A DNA stretch of 64,000 bases, from positions 1,933-65,932 of the forward strand of contig JAGWVT010000006.1 of NCBI GenBank assembly GCA_018970765.1, written 5' to 3'. Of the stretch, positions 16,597 through 25,037 are shown piece after piece. The notes below the pieces were generated by a model. That model had not been told where the DNA came from, searched no databases, and saw only the letters and a program-made list of their open reading frames with translations. The DNA comes from Actinomycetales bacterium. GTDB lineage: Bacteria; Actinomycetota; Actinomycetes; S36-B12. The translations under genes were made by a program, and so were the position numbers. Position 1 is the first letter of the stretch, and the number at the start of each line of letters is the position of its first letter.

Positions 16597-17904
16597 GTGA
16601 CGTCACCCAGGCCGGTGCAGCAATTCGATCAACTCGATAGCGCCGTGGATCGGGCCTGGATCACTGCACAGTTGCAGGAACTCATTGCCATCCCGTCCAT
16701 TGGTGGCAGTGCTGCCGAACTGCAGATTCAGGATTGGCTCGCCGAACGCTGGGCCGACGAGCAATTGCAGGTTGACCGCTGGGAGGTTCCTCTCCAGACA
16801 CTGCAGGCCGAGTCAACGTTTCCTGGCATGGAAGTTGAACGCACGGCCGCAATCGGAGTCCTCGCACAGTGGGGCGGTACGCAGGCCGGCCCGACTCTGC
16901 TGTTCAACGGCCATACCGACGTGGTGCCTCCTGGCGACCTGGCCGCCTGGCAGGGTGATCCGTTCGAGCCTCGACTCATGGATGGCCCGGACGGAACCGT
17001 GCGGATTGTGGGTCGTGGTGCGGCCGACATGAAGGCCGGACTTGTTGCAGCGTGGGCGGCACTGCGCGCGGTGCGGGACTGTGGCATTGACCTGGCCGGC
17101 AATGTGCTGCTGGCACCAGTCAGCGGCGAAGAGGACGGTGGCCTTGGCACCTACGCCCTGTTGAAGCGGCTGGCCGAACGCGACATCCAGCCCACCTGCT
17201 GCGTCGTCCCCGAGCCGACCTCCCTGGACATCATCCCTGCTAACGGCGGTGCCTTGACATTCCGCTTGACGGTGCAGGGCCAGGCAACGCACGCCTCGCG
17301 TCGCACTGAGGGTGTCAGTGCGCTGACCGCGTTCCTTCCGGTGCTGGCGGCGTTAGAAGACTTCGAGCGGGAACGAAACGCAAATGTCGATCCGCTCATG
17401 CAACGCTGGCCCATCGCGTATCCACTTTCCATCGGGACCGTGCAGGCCGGCGACTGGGCATCTACGGTGCCAGACCTGCTGACCGCCGAGGGCCGGTACG
17501 GCGTGGCCCTGGGTGAAAGCGTCGAACAGGCGCGTGCGGATTTCGAAGCAGTGGTCGCGTCGGCATGCGCAGGCCACACGTGGCTTCGGGAGCACCCCGT
17601 ACAGGTGCAGTGGTGGGGGGGTCAGTTCGCTCCCGGTCACACTGACCCGGACCACCCGGTGGTGCACGCTGTGCTGCGAGCCCACCAGCAGTTGCTTTCC
17701 GGCACACCTCAGATCTACGGCGGCCCTTATGGATCGGATCTGCGGCTGCTCAGCGGCCTGGGCAATATTCCCACCATCCAGTACGGCCCGGGTGACAGCA
17801 AAGTCGCGCATGCACCGGATGAGTGGGTTGCGTTGGACGAAGTCGTGGACTGCGCGCGAGTGCTCGCCCGACTGATCGTCGACACCTGCGGGGTGAAGCC
17901 CTAG
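16597..17904 (+). CDS. M20 family deacylase (ArgE/DapE-like)
   Basis: Motifs LLFNGHTDVVPPGD, GRGAADMKAGL and SGEEDGG. The start is uncertain: GTG at 16597 is chosen, while the ORF-track start at 16504 would add 31 residues with no similarity to the family. Confidence 0.8.
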   Translation: MTSPRPVQQFDQLDSAVDRAWITAQLQELIAIPSIGGSAAELQIQDWLAERWADEQLQVDRWEVPLQTLQAESTFPGMEVERTAAIGVLAQWGGTQAGPTLLFNGHTDVVPPGDLAAWQGDPFEPRLMDGPDGTVRIVGRGAADMKAGLVAAWAALRAVRDCGIDLAGNVLLAPVSGEEDGGLGTYALLKRLAERDIQPTCCVVPEPTSLDIIPANGGALTFRLTVQGQATHASRRTEGVSALTAFLPVLAALEDFERERNANVDPLMQRWPIAYPLSIGTVQAGDWASTVPDLLTAEGRYGVALGESVEQARADFEAVVASACAGHTWLREHPVQVQWWGGQFAPGHTDPDHPVVHAVLRAHQQLLSGTPQIYGGPYGSDLRLLSGLGNIPTIQYGPGDSKVAHAPDEWVALDEVVDCARVLARLIVDTCGVKP

Positions 17905-17912
17905 GGGTGTGA

Positions 17913-17943
17913 CGTTGTGGATCGCAACTGTCGATCCACAACG
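17913..17943 (+). terminator. perfect 12-bp hairpin between the M20 gene and the E1-like gene
   Basis: CGTTGTGGATCG, loop CAACTGT, CGATCCACAACG. It starts 9 nt after the M20 stop. No U-tract. Confidence 0.4.
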
Positions 17944-17963
17944 CAGCGGCCACACCATGCGGC

Positions 17964-18923
17964 ATGCACACCGTCAAGGATGAACCGCACGACAACTGCC
18001 GACCCCTCTTCCAACCAACCGGGCTGGTGCTGTGGTGTGGGGAAGGGCGGGTCCGTCTGGGAGACGGCGAACGCATCGTGGTGCTGGATCACGTCAGTCG
18101 AGCTGCAATGCGTTGGCTCCACGATCTGGATGGCACTCGCACATGGGCCGCCATCGCTGCAGACGGCCTGGCCCCTGATGCGCGCCGCTTATTCCGGCTG
18201 GCCTGGCAACTTGGTTGCATCGACGACGCTGGAATTCGTCCAGGCTCCTGGTGGCGCAGCGCTGGCACGGCCCGGGACGGCGAGGCACATCGACGTGCGC
18301 TGTTGCACCATCTGGGCTCGGCGGTCCGGGCTCATGCGCAACTCGAGCAACGGCAGGCGCGGCGCATGGTCGTTGTCGGAACCGGCACTGTGGCTCAGCA
18401 GGTTGTTGCGACGGCCCGACGAGCACAGTTACAGGTCAGCTGGCTGCGCGCGCAGCCGCCCACCTTGCCGGCCGACACAGCCTGTTGTGTCATCGCGGAC
18501 GGGGGCCACCCAGACGTTGCCGGACCGGTTGAAGAGTCGGCCTGCCAAGTGCCACACCTGACGGCTCGCGCCTTCGGCCTTCGGGCCATCGTCGGTCCAG
18601 TCGTCGTCCCAGGCCAGACCAGTTGCCTGACCTGCGCCCACCTGCACAATCTGGACACCCGAACCGGGTGGGCGCAGTTATCCGTGCAGTTGACCGCGCT
18701 AACGCAGCAGGGGAATCCGCACTGTCTGGATCCCCTGCTGGCTCGGTTGGCTGCCGGGCATGCCGTGCTGCTGGCTCGTCGGGTGATCGACGACAGCGGC
18801 GATTGCCCAGCGCAGTTGGGCAATCGGGCCTACCTATGGACGGCAGGGCAGGACACACCACGTGAACTGCCGCGGCCGGGCCATCCACTCTGCGGCTGTC
18901 GCTGGGGTGACCTGTCCGAGTGA
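17964..18923 (+). CDS. RRE-like winged helix plus ThiF/E1-like domain protein (Rv3196-position homolog)
   Basis: The N-terminal segment VRLGDGERIVVLDHVSRAAMRWLHDLDGTRTWAAI...LAWQLGCIDD resembles the leader-binding domain of cyclodehydratase-docking proteins. It is followed by the Rossmann motif MVVVGTGTVAQQV and by PGQTSCLTCAHL. Confidence 0.55.
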   Translation: MHTVKDEPHDNCRPLFQPTGLVLWCGEGRVRLGDGERIVVLDHVSRAAMRWLHDLDGTRTWAAIAADGLAPDARRLFRLAWQLGCIDDAGIRPGSWWRSAGTARDGEAHRRALLHHLGSAVRAHAQLEQRQARRMVVVGTGTVAQQVVATARRAQLQVSWLRAQPPTLPADTACCVIADGGHPDVAGPVEESACQVPHLTARAFGLRAIVGPVVVPGQTSCLTCAHLHNLDTRTGWAQLSVQLTALTQQGNPHCLDPLLARLAAGHAVLLARRVIDDSGDCPAQLGNRAYLWTAGQDTPRELPRPGHPLCGCRWGDLSE

Positions 18924-18956
18924 GCGACCTGTGCAAATCTGCGGGAGAATCCTCTT

Positions 18957-20324
18957 GTGAGTTCGGACCAAACACCTGCGGACGGCGAATCAGGTCGTTC
19001 TTCGCTTCCCGGTGGTTCCGTGACTCGCAGCGTTCGCCTCGCTGCGCTGCCGGCCGCCTACGCGGGGCGCGCGGCACTCAACCTGGGCAAGCGGGTCACC
19101 GGACAATCCGCTGAGGAGCTCGCCGCAGACATGCGGCAGCGGACAGCTGAGCAGATGTTCACCGTGCTCGGCGAACTCAAGGGCGGAGCGATGAAGCTCG
19201 GTCAGGCGATGAGCATCTTCGAAGCCGTGCTACCGGACGAAGTGGCCGGTCCCTATCGCGAGACCTTGGTGAAACTGCAGGATGCCGCCCCGCCCCTGCC
19301 GATGTCCTCCATTGAACGCATTCTCAGCGACGAGTTGGGGGCGGACTGGCGGCAACGCTTCGCCGACTTCGACGAGCGGCCGGCTGCGGCAGCGTCCATC
19401 GGTCAGGTCCATCGCGCGACCTGGCGCGACGGTCGGGCAGTGGCCGTGAAGGTCCAGTACCCGGGTGCCGATCGCGCCCTGATGAGTGACCTGAACCAAA
19501 TGGCGCGGATGGGCAAGATGTTCGCGGCCTGGGTGCCCGGGCTGGAGATCAAGCCGCTGATCAACGAGTTGCGCGATCGCGTCGCAGAGGAACTTGACTA
19601 CCTCCTGGAGTCAAACCGGCAACGAACGTTTGCCGCGGCGTTCGAGGGTGACCCGGATATTCAGATTCCACATGTCTTAGCTGCCTCACCGCACGTACTG
19701 GTCAGCGAATGGGTGGACGGCACACCGCTGTCGGCAATCATTGCCAACGGCACCCAGGAAGAACGTGACTTTGCCGGGAGCCGTTACGAACGATTTCTAC
19801 TGTCGGCTCCGGCGCGCGCGGGCCTGCTGCATGCCGATCCGCACCCGGGCAATTTCCGCATCACGCCGGACGGTCGACTCTGTGTGCTGGACTTCGGTGC
19901 AGTGGCTGAACTTCCCGATGGCCTGCCGACGGCCATGGGGCGTCTGCTGCGGATTGCCCAGGACGGTGATGCATCGACAGTCATTGAGGGCCTGCGAGTA
20001 GAGGGCTTCATTCGCCCGCATATCGATGTGGACCCGCAGCAGGTTCTTGACTACCTAGATCCCTTTGTGGAGCCGGCCCGCCATGAGGAATTCACATTTA
20101 GCCGCGATTGGTTACGCGGGCAGTTCAATCGCATCAACGACTTCAAGAACCCGGACTTCACCATCGGTCTGAAGCTGAACCTGCCGCCGGCGTACGCGCT
20201 CATCCACCGGGTGTGGCTCGGCAGCATCGGGGTGCTCTGCCAGATGGGGGCAACGGTGCCCGTCCGCGCCGAAATAGAACGTTGGGTCCCGGGTTACCTA
20301 ACCGCACGCGATCCAGCCGCCTAG
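18957..20324 (+). CDS. ABC1/UbiB (AarF) family atypical kinase
   Basis: GELKGGAMKLGQ, FDERPAAAASIGQVHRA, HADPHPGNF and VLDFGAV. Confidence 0.85.
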   Translation: MSSDQTPADGESGRSSLPGGSVTRSVRLAALPAAYAGRAALNLGKRVTGQSAEELAADMRQRTAEQMFTVLGELKGGAMKLGQAMSIFEAVLPDEVAGPYRETLVKLQDAAPPLPMSSIERILSDELGADWRQRFADFDERPAAAASIGQVHRATWRDGRAVAVKVQYPGADRALMSDLNQMARMGKMFAAWVPGLEIKPLINELRDRVAEELDYLLESNRQRTFAAAFEGDPDIQIPHVLAASPHVLVSEWVDGTPLSAIIANGTQEERDFAGSRYERFLLSAPARAGLLHADPHPGNFRITPDGRLCVLDFGAVAELPDGLPTAMGRLLRIAQDGDASTVIEGLRVEGFIRPHIDVDPQQVLDYLDPFVEPARHEEFTFSRDWLRGQFNRINDFKNPDFTIGLKLNLPPAYALIHRVWLGSIGVLCQMGATVPVRAEIERWVPGYLTARDPAA

Positions 20325-22408
20325 TCCTGCTTCAGCAATTCCAGCAGCGCTTGACCGTAGGCCTGCAGTTTTGCGGGGCCAATGCCGGGGATTTCCTGCA
20401 AGGCCTCCAGGCTTGCCGGCAGGCGATCGACAATGGCATCCAAGGTGACATCGGTAAACACGATGTACGCCGGCACCTGGCGCGCGGTCGCTTCAGCCAA
20501 TCGCCATTCGCGCAAGCGCTCGCGCAATTCGGGGTCGTCTCGACCAGGACAGGTGCGACATCGACCGAGCGTTCGTTCCGCCGCCGTGACCAGTGAGGTG
20601 CCGCAGATACGACACGGGGCCGGACGACGCTGAACCCGCTCACTTCGCGCTCGCCCGGAACCGCTGCGCACGACTGCGGAATCCGCGCCGGTTACACCTG
20701 TGGTACCCGGATCCGCACTCAAGGCTGCCAGGAACCGACTCGGTCGTCGATGTGCCGAACCTCCGGGCTGTCGCGATCGCGCCCAGGTCAGCGTCAGGAC
20801 CTTTGCGGCCCGCGTCATGCCAACGTAGGCGAGTCGACGTTCCTCCGCGAGTTCGTCGGCAGAGGTGGCTGTCGCGATTGGCAACAGGCCCTCACTCAGC
20901 CCAATGACAAAAACCGACTCCCACTCCAGGCCTTTGGCGGCATGAAGTGAACACAGGGTCACGGCCATGGCTGCGGGTGCATCCTGCACGGCGGCACGCC
21001 GATCAAGCTCATCGATGAACGCGCGCAGCGAACCCGTGCCACGTTCCTGCGCCAGGGCCACCAGGGCGGCAAGTGACTCCCAGCGTTCGCGCACAGCGCC
21101 GCTTCCAGTGGGAGCCTGCTCACTCCAACCCATCGAGGACAACACACCGCGTACCGCATCGGCCAGGTCGGTTGCCGGTGCCTCACCAACCGCAGACCCG
21201 CGGATCAAAGTGATGGCCTGGCGCACCTCGGGTCGCTCGAAGAAACGCTCGGCACCGCGCAGAGTGAAGGGAATGCCCAGGTCGGCAAGGGCCGCTTCCA
21301 GGTTCACTGACTGGGCATTCATGCGGTACAGCACCGCGATGCGGTTGGGGGCGAGCCCTGCTTCGATCTGGTTGGCAATCTGCTGGGCAACCCACTCGGC
21401 TTCGGCAACCTCGTCGGGCTGGTCCTGAACTCGCGGAGCAACTCCGGGAGCCTGCATCGAGACCAAGGGCGCCATCGCGGTGCGTTTAGCGACGGTGGGT
21501 AGATCGGCGACGAGGGCATTGGCTGCCTGGACGATCTGTGGTGTACAGCGGTAGCAGCGGGTCAGGCGTACGACGGTCGCGTCTGCAAAGCGATCTGCAA
21601 AGCCGTACAGGAAGTCCGAAGTCGCACCGGTAAATGAGTAGATGGTCTGGTTGGCATCACCGACGGCGCAAAGATCGTCGCGCTCCCCCAGCCACAGCTG
21701 CAACAGTTGATCTTGCAGTGGGCTGACGTCCTGGAACTCATCGACGGTGAACCAGCGGTAGGCGGCGCGCACCTCTTGGGCGATGTCAGGTCGCGATTGC
21801 AGGGTCGCCACCGTGGCGAGTAGGACATCCTCGAAGTCGATAAAGCCCTGCGCGGTCTTGGCTTCCTCGTACTGCGTGAATAGCCGTACGAAATCCTCAG
21901 TGGGCAAAGCCCACTGCCTCGAGCGGGCCCGCTCATTGCTCATGATCTCCGTGAGATCAATCTGATTGACCTTGCACCATTCAATGTCAGTTGCGCTGTC
22001 GCGCAGCATGGCTGCATCGAGGGTGATGCGTGCCTGACCAGCTGCCTGGGTCAGGAATCGAGCCTTTGCCGCCAGGATCTCGGGGAACTCGTTGCTTGAG
22101 AGCCTGGGCCAGAAGTGCCGCAACTGCCGAAGTGCTGCAGCGTGAAAGGTGCGTGCACTGGCACCTTCCACCCCCAGGTCATGCAGCCGGGTACGCATCT
22201 GGCCGGCGGCTCTGGTCGTGAAGGTGATTGCCATGGTGCGCCGGGCTTCATGGGCACCAGTGGCCACCCCGTAGGCAATCCGATGCGTGACTGCCCGGGT
22301 CTTGCCGGTTCCTGCGCCGGCGAGCACGACTACCGGCCCGTGAACGGCACGTGCCACCGCCTGCTGTTCGGCATCCAGACCCGCAAGCAGGTCCTCGGGG
22401 GTGGGCAT
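20321..22408 (-). CDS. uvrD2: ATP-dependent DNA helicase UvrD2
   Basis: ATG at 22408 (MPTPEDLLAGLD). Walker A VLAGAGTGKT of the UvrD/Rep core, a Cys tetrad (CRICGTS...CRTCPG) and a C-terminal HRDC domain (YIVFTDVTLDAI...IPGIGPAKLQAYG). Confidence 0.9.
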   Translation of the reverse strand: MPTPEDLLAGLDAEQQAVARAVHGPVVVLAGAGTGKTRAVTHRIAYGVATGAHEARRTMAITFTTRAAGQMRTRLHDLGVEGASARTFHAAALRQLRHFWPRLSSNEFPEILAAKARFLTQAAGQARITLDAAMLRDSATDIEWCKVNQIDLTEIMSNERARSRQWALPTEDFVRLFTQYEEAKTAQGFIDFEDVLLATVATLQSRPDIAQEVRAAYRWFTVDEFQDVSPLQDQLLQLWLGERDDLCAVGDANQTIYSFTGATSDFLYGFADRFADATVVRLTRCYRCTPQIVQAANALVADLPTVAKRTAMAPLVSMQAPGVAPRVQDQPDEVAEAEWVAQQIANQIEAGLAPNRIAVLYRMNAQSVNLEAALADLGIPFTLRGAERFFERPEVRQAITLIRGSAVGEAPATDLADAVRGVLSSMGWSEQAPTGSGAVRERWESLAALVALAQERGTGSLRAFIDELDRRAAVQDAPAAMAVTLCSLHAAKGLEWESVFVIGLSEGLLPIATATSADELAEERRLAYVGMTRAAKVLTLTWARSRQPGGSAHRRPSRFLAALSADPGTTGVTGADSAVVRSGSGRARSERVQRRPAPCRICGTSLVTAAERTLGRCRTCPGRDDPELRERLREWRLAEATARQVPAYIVFTDVTLDAIVDRLPASLEALQEIPGIGPAKLQAYGQALLELLKQD

Positions 22409-22433
22409 GCGAGGCACGCTAGCGTTGGCGACC

Positions 22434-22667
22434 ATGAAGATGTACACCACGGTCTGGTGTGGCTATTGCCAGCGACTCAAGGCTCAACTGGGGCGCGAGG
22501 GCATCGCGTTCGAGGAGATCGACATCGAAGCCGATCCGGCCGCGGCGGCCTTCGTAGAATCGGTCAACGGCGGCAATCAGACCGTTCCAACGGTGCTCTT
22601 CGACGACGGCAGTGCATTGACGAATCCATCACTGGGTGATGTGAAGGCGAAGTTGGGCGTTTCTTAA
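22434..22667 (+). CDS. mycoredoxin / glutaredoxin-like protein
   Basis: ATG at 22434. MKMYTTVWCGYCQRLK carries the CGYC active site. 77 aa. It is divergent from uvrD2, as Rv3198A is in M. tuberculosis. Confidence 0.8.
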   Translation: MKMYTTVWCGYCQRLKAQLGREGIAFEEIDIEADPAAAAFVESVNGGNQTVPTVLFDDGSALTNPSLGDVKAKLGVS

Positions 22668-23611
22668 CGCAACCACTTGCCGGGCAACTCGGCACCGAAC
22701 CAGCGCTCGATCAGTTTGCGGGAGATCGACACCGCTGGCGGCAGCAGAATCTCACCTGAGGCACAAGCCTGCTCGAGTTCAACACGGCTGAACCAGTGGG
22801 CCTCGGCAATCTCTTCCTGATCGACGCGGACCTCGACTTCACTTGTCCAAGCGTGGTAGCCGAGCATGAGTGACGCGGGAAACGGCCACGGCTGACTTCC
22901 GAGGTAATGCAGCCGATCAACGCGAACACCGACCTCTTCGAAGAGTTCGCGTCGAACTGCCGCCTCCGCGGATTCCCCGGCCTCAACGAAACCGGCGAAG
23001 GTGGAGAACCACCGTGGTTGCCAACTCACCTGACGTCCCAGTAGCGCACGGTCCTGCGGGTCTCGAACGAGCATGATCACGGCCGGCTCGGTTCGCGGGA
23101 AGTGGTCCCGCGACTCTTTGGTGCATCGCAACGACCAACCGGCCTGATTCGGGACGAGTCGGTCACCACAACTCGGACAGATACGTGTTGAGCGCCGCCA
23201 GTTGTCCAGTGCCACCGCGTTGACGGCGAGCCCGGCATCATGATCGTCAAGCGCGTGGCCGACCTCCCGCAGACCCACCCAGGTCGCGCCGTCAGGCAGC
23301 TGAACATGTTCACGTTCGCTGGCATGGTGCACGGCGTAGATCGCGGCACCCTGCGGACTAACACCCAGGAAACTGAGGTCGGCATCTGCCGCCAGTTGAC
23401 TCGCCGGTGTCATCTGCAGGGCCGTCTCCTCTGAGAGCAGCGCAACGGCACCGGAGTGCACCCAGATGACCAGTGACCCGGCATCAGTGCGGGCCATCTG
23501 CTGGAAGTCAGCGTCAGTGCGCAGATGTGCAGCACGGTCGATGCTCGCCCGAGAAAGCAGCAGGTCATCTAGGAGCGCGCCTCTAGGTAGCGCGCCCACA
23601 GGTTCAGTCAT
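22664..23611 (-). CDS. nudC: NAD+ diphosphatase NudC
   Basis: Zinc ribbon CPSCGDRLVPNQAGWSLRC and NUDIX box GFVEAGESAEAAVRRELFEEVGV. The ATG at 23611 is chosen as start. Confidence 0.85.
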   Translation of the reverse strand: MTEPVGALPRGALLDDLLLSRASIDRAAHLRTDADFQQMARTDAGSLVIWVHSGAVALLSEETALQMTPASQLAADADLSFLGVSPQGAAIYAVHHASEREHVQLPDGATWVGLREVGHALDDHDAGLAVNAVALDNWRRSTRICPSCGDRLVPNQAGWSLRCTKESRDHFPRTEPAVIMLVRDPQDRALLGRQVSWQPRWFSTFAGFVEAGESAEAAVRRELFEEVGVRVDRLHYLGSQPWPFPASLMLGYHAWTSEVEVRVDQEEIAEAHWFSRVELEQACASGEILLPPAVSISRKLIERWFGAELPGKWLR

Positions 23612-23711
23612 GGCTCTGCTCACGGACACCGTTCGTGGGACCGCTCGCGGCGCCGGCACTCATTCGGGCAGCCTACGGCCGCCAGCTGCGCTCCCATGCA
23701 ACGATCGTGTC

Positions 23712-25037
23712 GTGAACCTGTTCATCCGGCAGTTGACGGGGATTCGATTCATCGCCGCGGCCTGGGTGCTGGCGTATCACCTCCAAGGCCCGCTACAACC
23801 CCTCGGTGTTCTGCAGGTGCCGGTACTGAGCGAGACGATGCGCGTGGGTCGACTTGGCGTTGACCTGTTCTTCGCGTTGAGTGGGTTCATCCTCACGCAC
23901 ACCTACCTCGAGCGGATGGGTTCGCGCCTGCAAGGCAATAAGACCGTGCAGTTCTGGTGGCTGCGGCTGGCTCGGGTCTATCCGGTACACCTCGTCATGC
24001 TTCTCGTGGCGGGGGTTGCCGTGGTTGCCGAGGCGATGATCGCCGGACGAGCCGTTGATCGCGACTGGTTGAATCCAATCGACTTCCTGCGCAACCTGCT
24101 GTTGATCCAGGAATGGGGTGCCGATCCGCAGCGGGGCTGGAACTTCGTGGCGTGGTCGCTGTCCATGGAGTGGCTGGCATATCTGGTTTTCCCGCTACTG
24201 ATTCTGGTCATTTGGCGTATGCATCGACGGTTGGCCACGGGGTGGTTGATTGCCGCTTGGTGCGTTGCCCTAGGTCCACTCATGGTGTACGCAATGCGCA
24301 CCACCGATCCGTACTACACAGACGCCTGGGGTTCAACCCTGCGCATTGCTACCGAGTTCACGGCGGGGGCCATCACCTACCTCATCGTGCAGCGCATCGT
24401 GACCCGAACCAAGGCAGGCGATAGCGCCGGCCAGCATAGTGCCGGTCAGCACAGTGCCGGTCAGCGAAGTGCCGACCTACTCGGTTTCCTGCTGCCCATC
24501 GCGGTCATCATCGGCGCCACCGTGCTCGGACTACTGCCGATCGCTCAGGCGCCGTCGAATGCACTCACTCCCGATGCAGAACCACTACCGCCCTACTTCC
24601 ACCTGCTCTTGGTGCCGTTGCTGATTGCCTGGATCGGTGCCCTGGCCGTAGCGCGCCGCGGCATGGCCCGGTGGTTGGCCACGCCAGCGCTGGTCCTCGG
24701 TGGCTTCATCTCGTATTCGCTCTATATGACGCACCTGGTGTGGTTCGGGCTGTGGCGAGCCGGTATGCGCGTCACTGGAATCGAGGCAGGTCCGCTCTAT
24801 CTGCTGGCTGTCCTACTGCTGATCGGTGGAGCCTTGGTGATTGCCTGGTTGATGTGGCGCATCGTCGAGGAGCCGGCGCGGGAATGGATGCGCAAGATCG
24901 GCGGCGCCCGTCCGGTACCAACCGAGGAAGCCGGTGAGCGCCTCGCCGAAGCCGAAGGCCTCGGTGATAGCGCCGAACCCGTACCGATTAGCGATGCAGA
25001 GCCGCGACCAGGTCCGGCAGCGGCGTCGGGCGGATGA
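23712..25037 (+). CDS. acyltransferase family 3 integral membrane protein
   Basis: The GTG at 23712 gives NLFIRQLTGIRFIAAAWVLAYHL, the classic Acyl_transf_3 N-terminus. About 10 TMs. The upstream part of ORF 23466.. overlaps nudC. Confidence 0.75.
   Translation: MNLFIRQLTGIRFIAAAWVLAYHLQGPLQPLGVLQVPVLSETMRVGRLGVDLFFALSGFILTHTYLERMGSRLQGNKTVQFWWLRLARVYPVHLVMLLVAGVAVVAEAMIAGRAVDRDWLNPIDFLRNLLLIQEWGADPQRGWNFVAWSLSMEWLAYLVFPLLILVIWRMHRRLATGWLIAAWCVALGPLMVYAMRTTDPYYTDAWGSTLRIATEFTAGAITYLIVQRIVTRTKAGDSAGQHSAGQHSAGQRSADLLGFLLPIAVIIGATVLGLLPIAQAPSNALTPDAEPLPPYFHLLLVPLLIAWIGALAVARRGMARWLATPALVLGGFISYSLYMTHLVWFGLWRAGMRVTGIEAGPLYLLAVLLLIGGALVIAWLMWRIVEEPAREWMRKIGGARPVPTEEAGERLAEAEGLGDSAEPVPISDAEPRPGPAAASGG
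24424..24475 (+). repeat. 15-bp tandem repeat, about 3.3 copies, in frame
   Basis: GCGCCGGCCAGCATA / GTGCCGGTCAGCACA / GTGCCGGTCAGCGAA / GTGCCGA..., encoding SAGQHSAGQHSAGQRSAD in a loop of the acyltransferase. Confidence 0.7.

Noticed and set aside
24424-24475. CRISPR array or other spacer-repeat structure
   Set aside because: These are contiguous 15-bp in-frame coding repeats without spacers. I saw no repeat-spacer architecture anywhere in the window.
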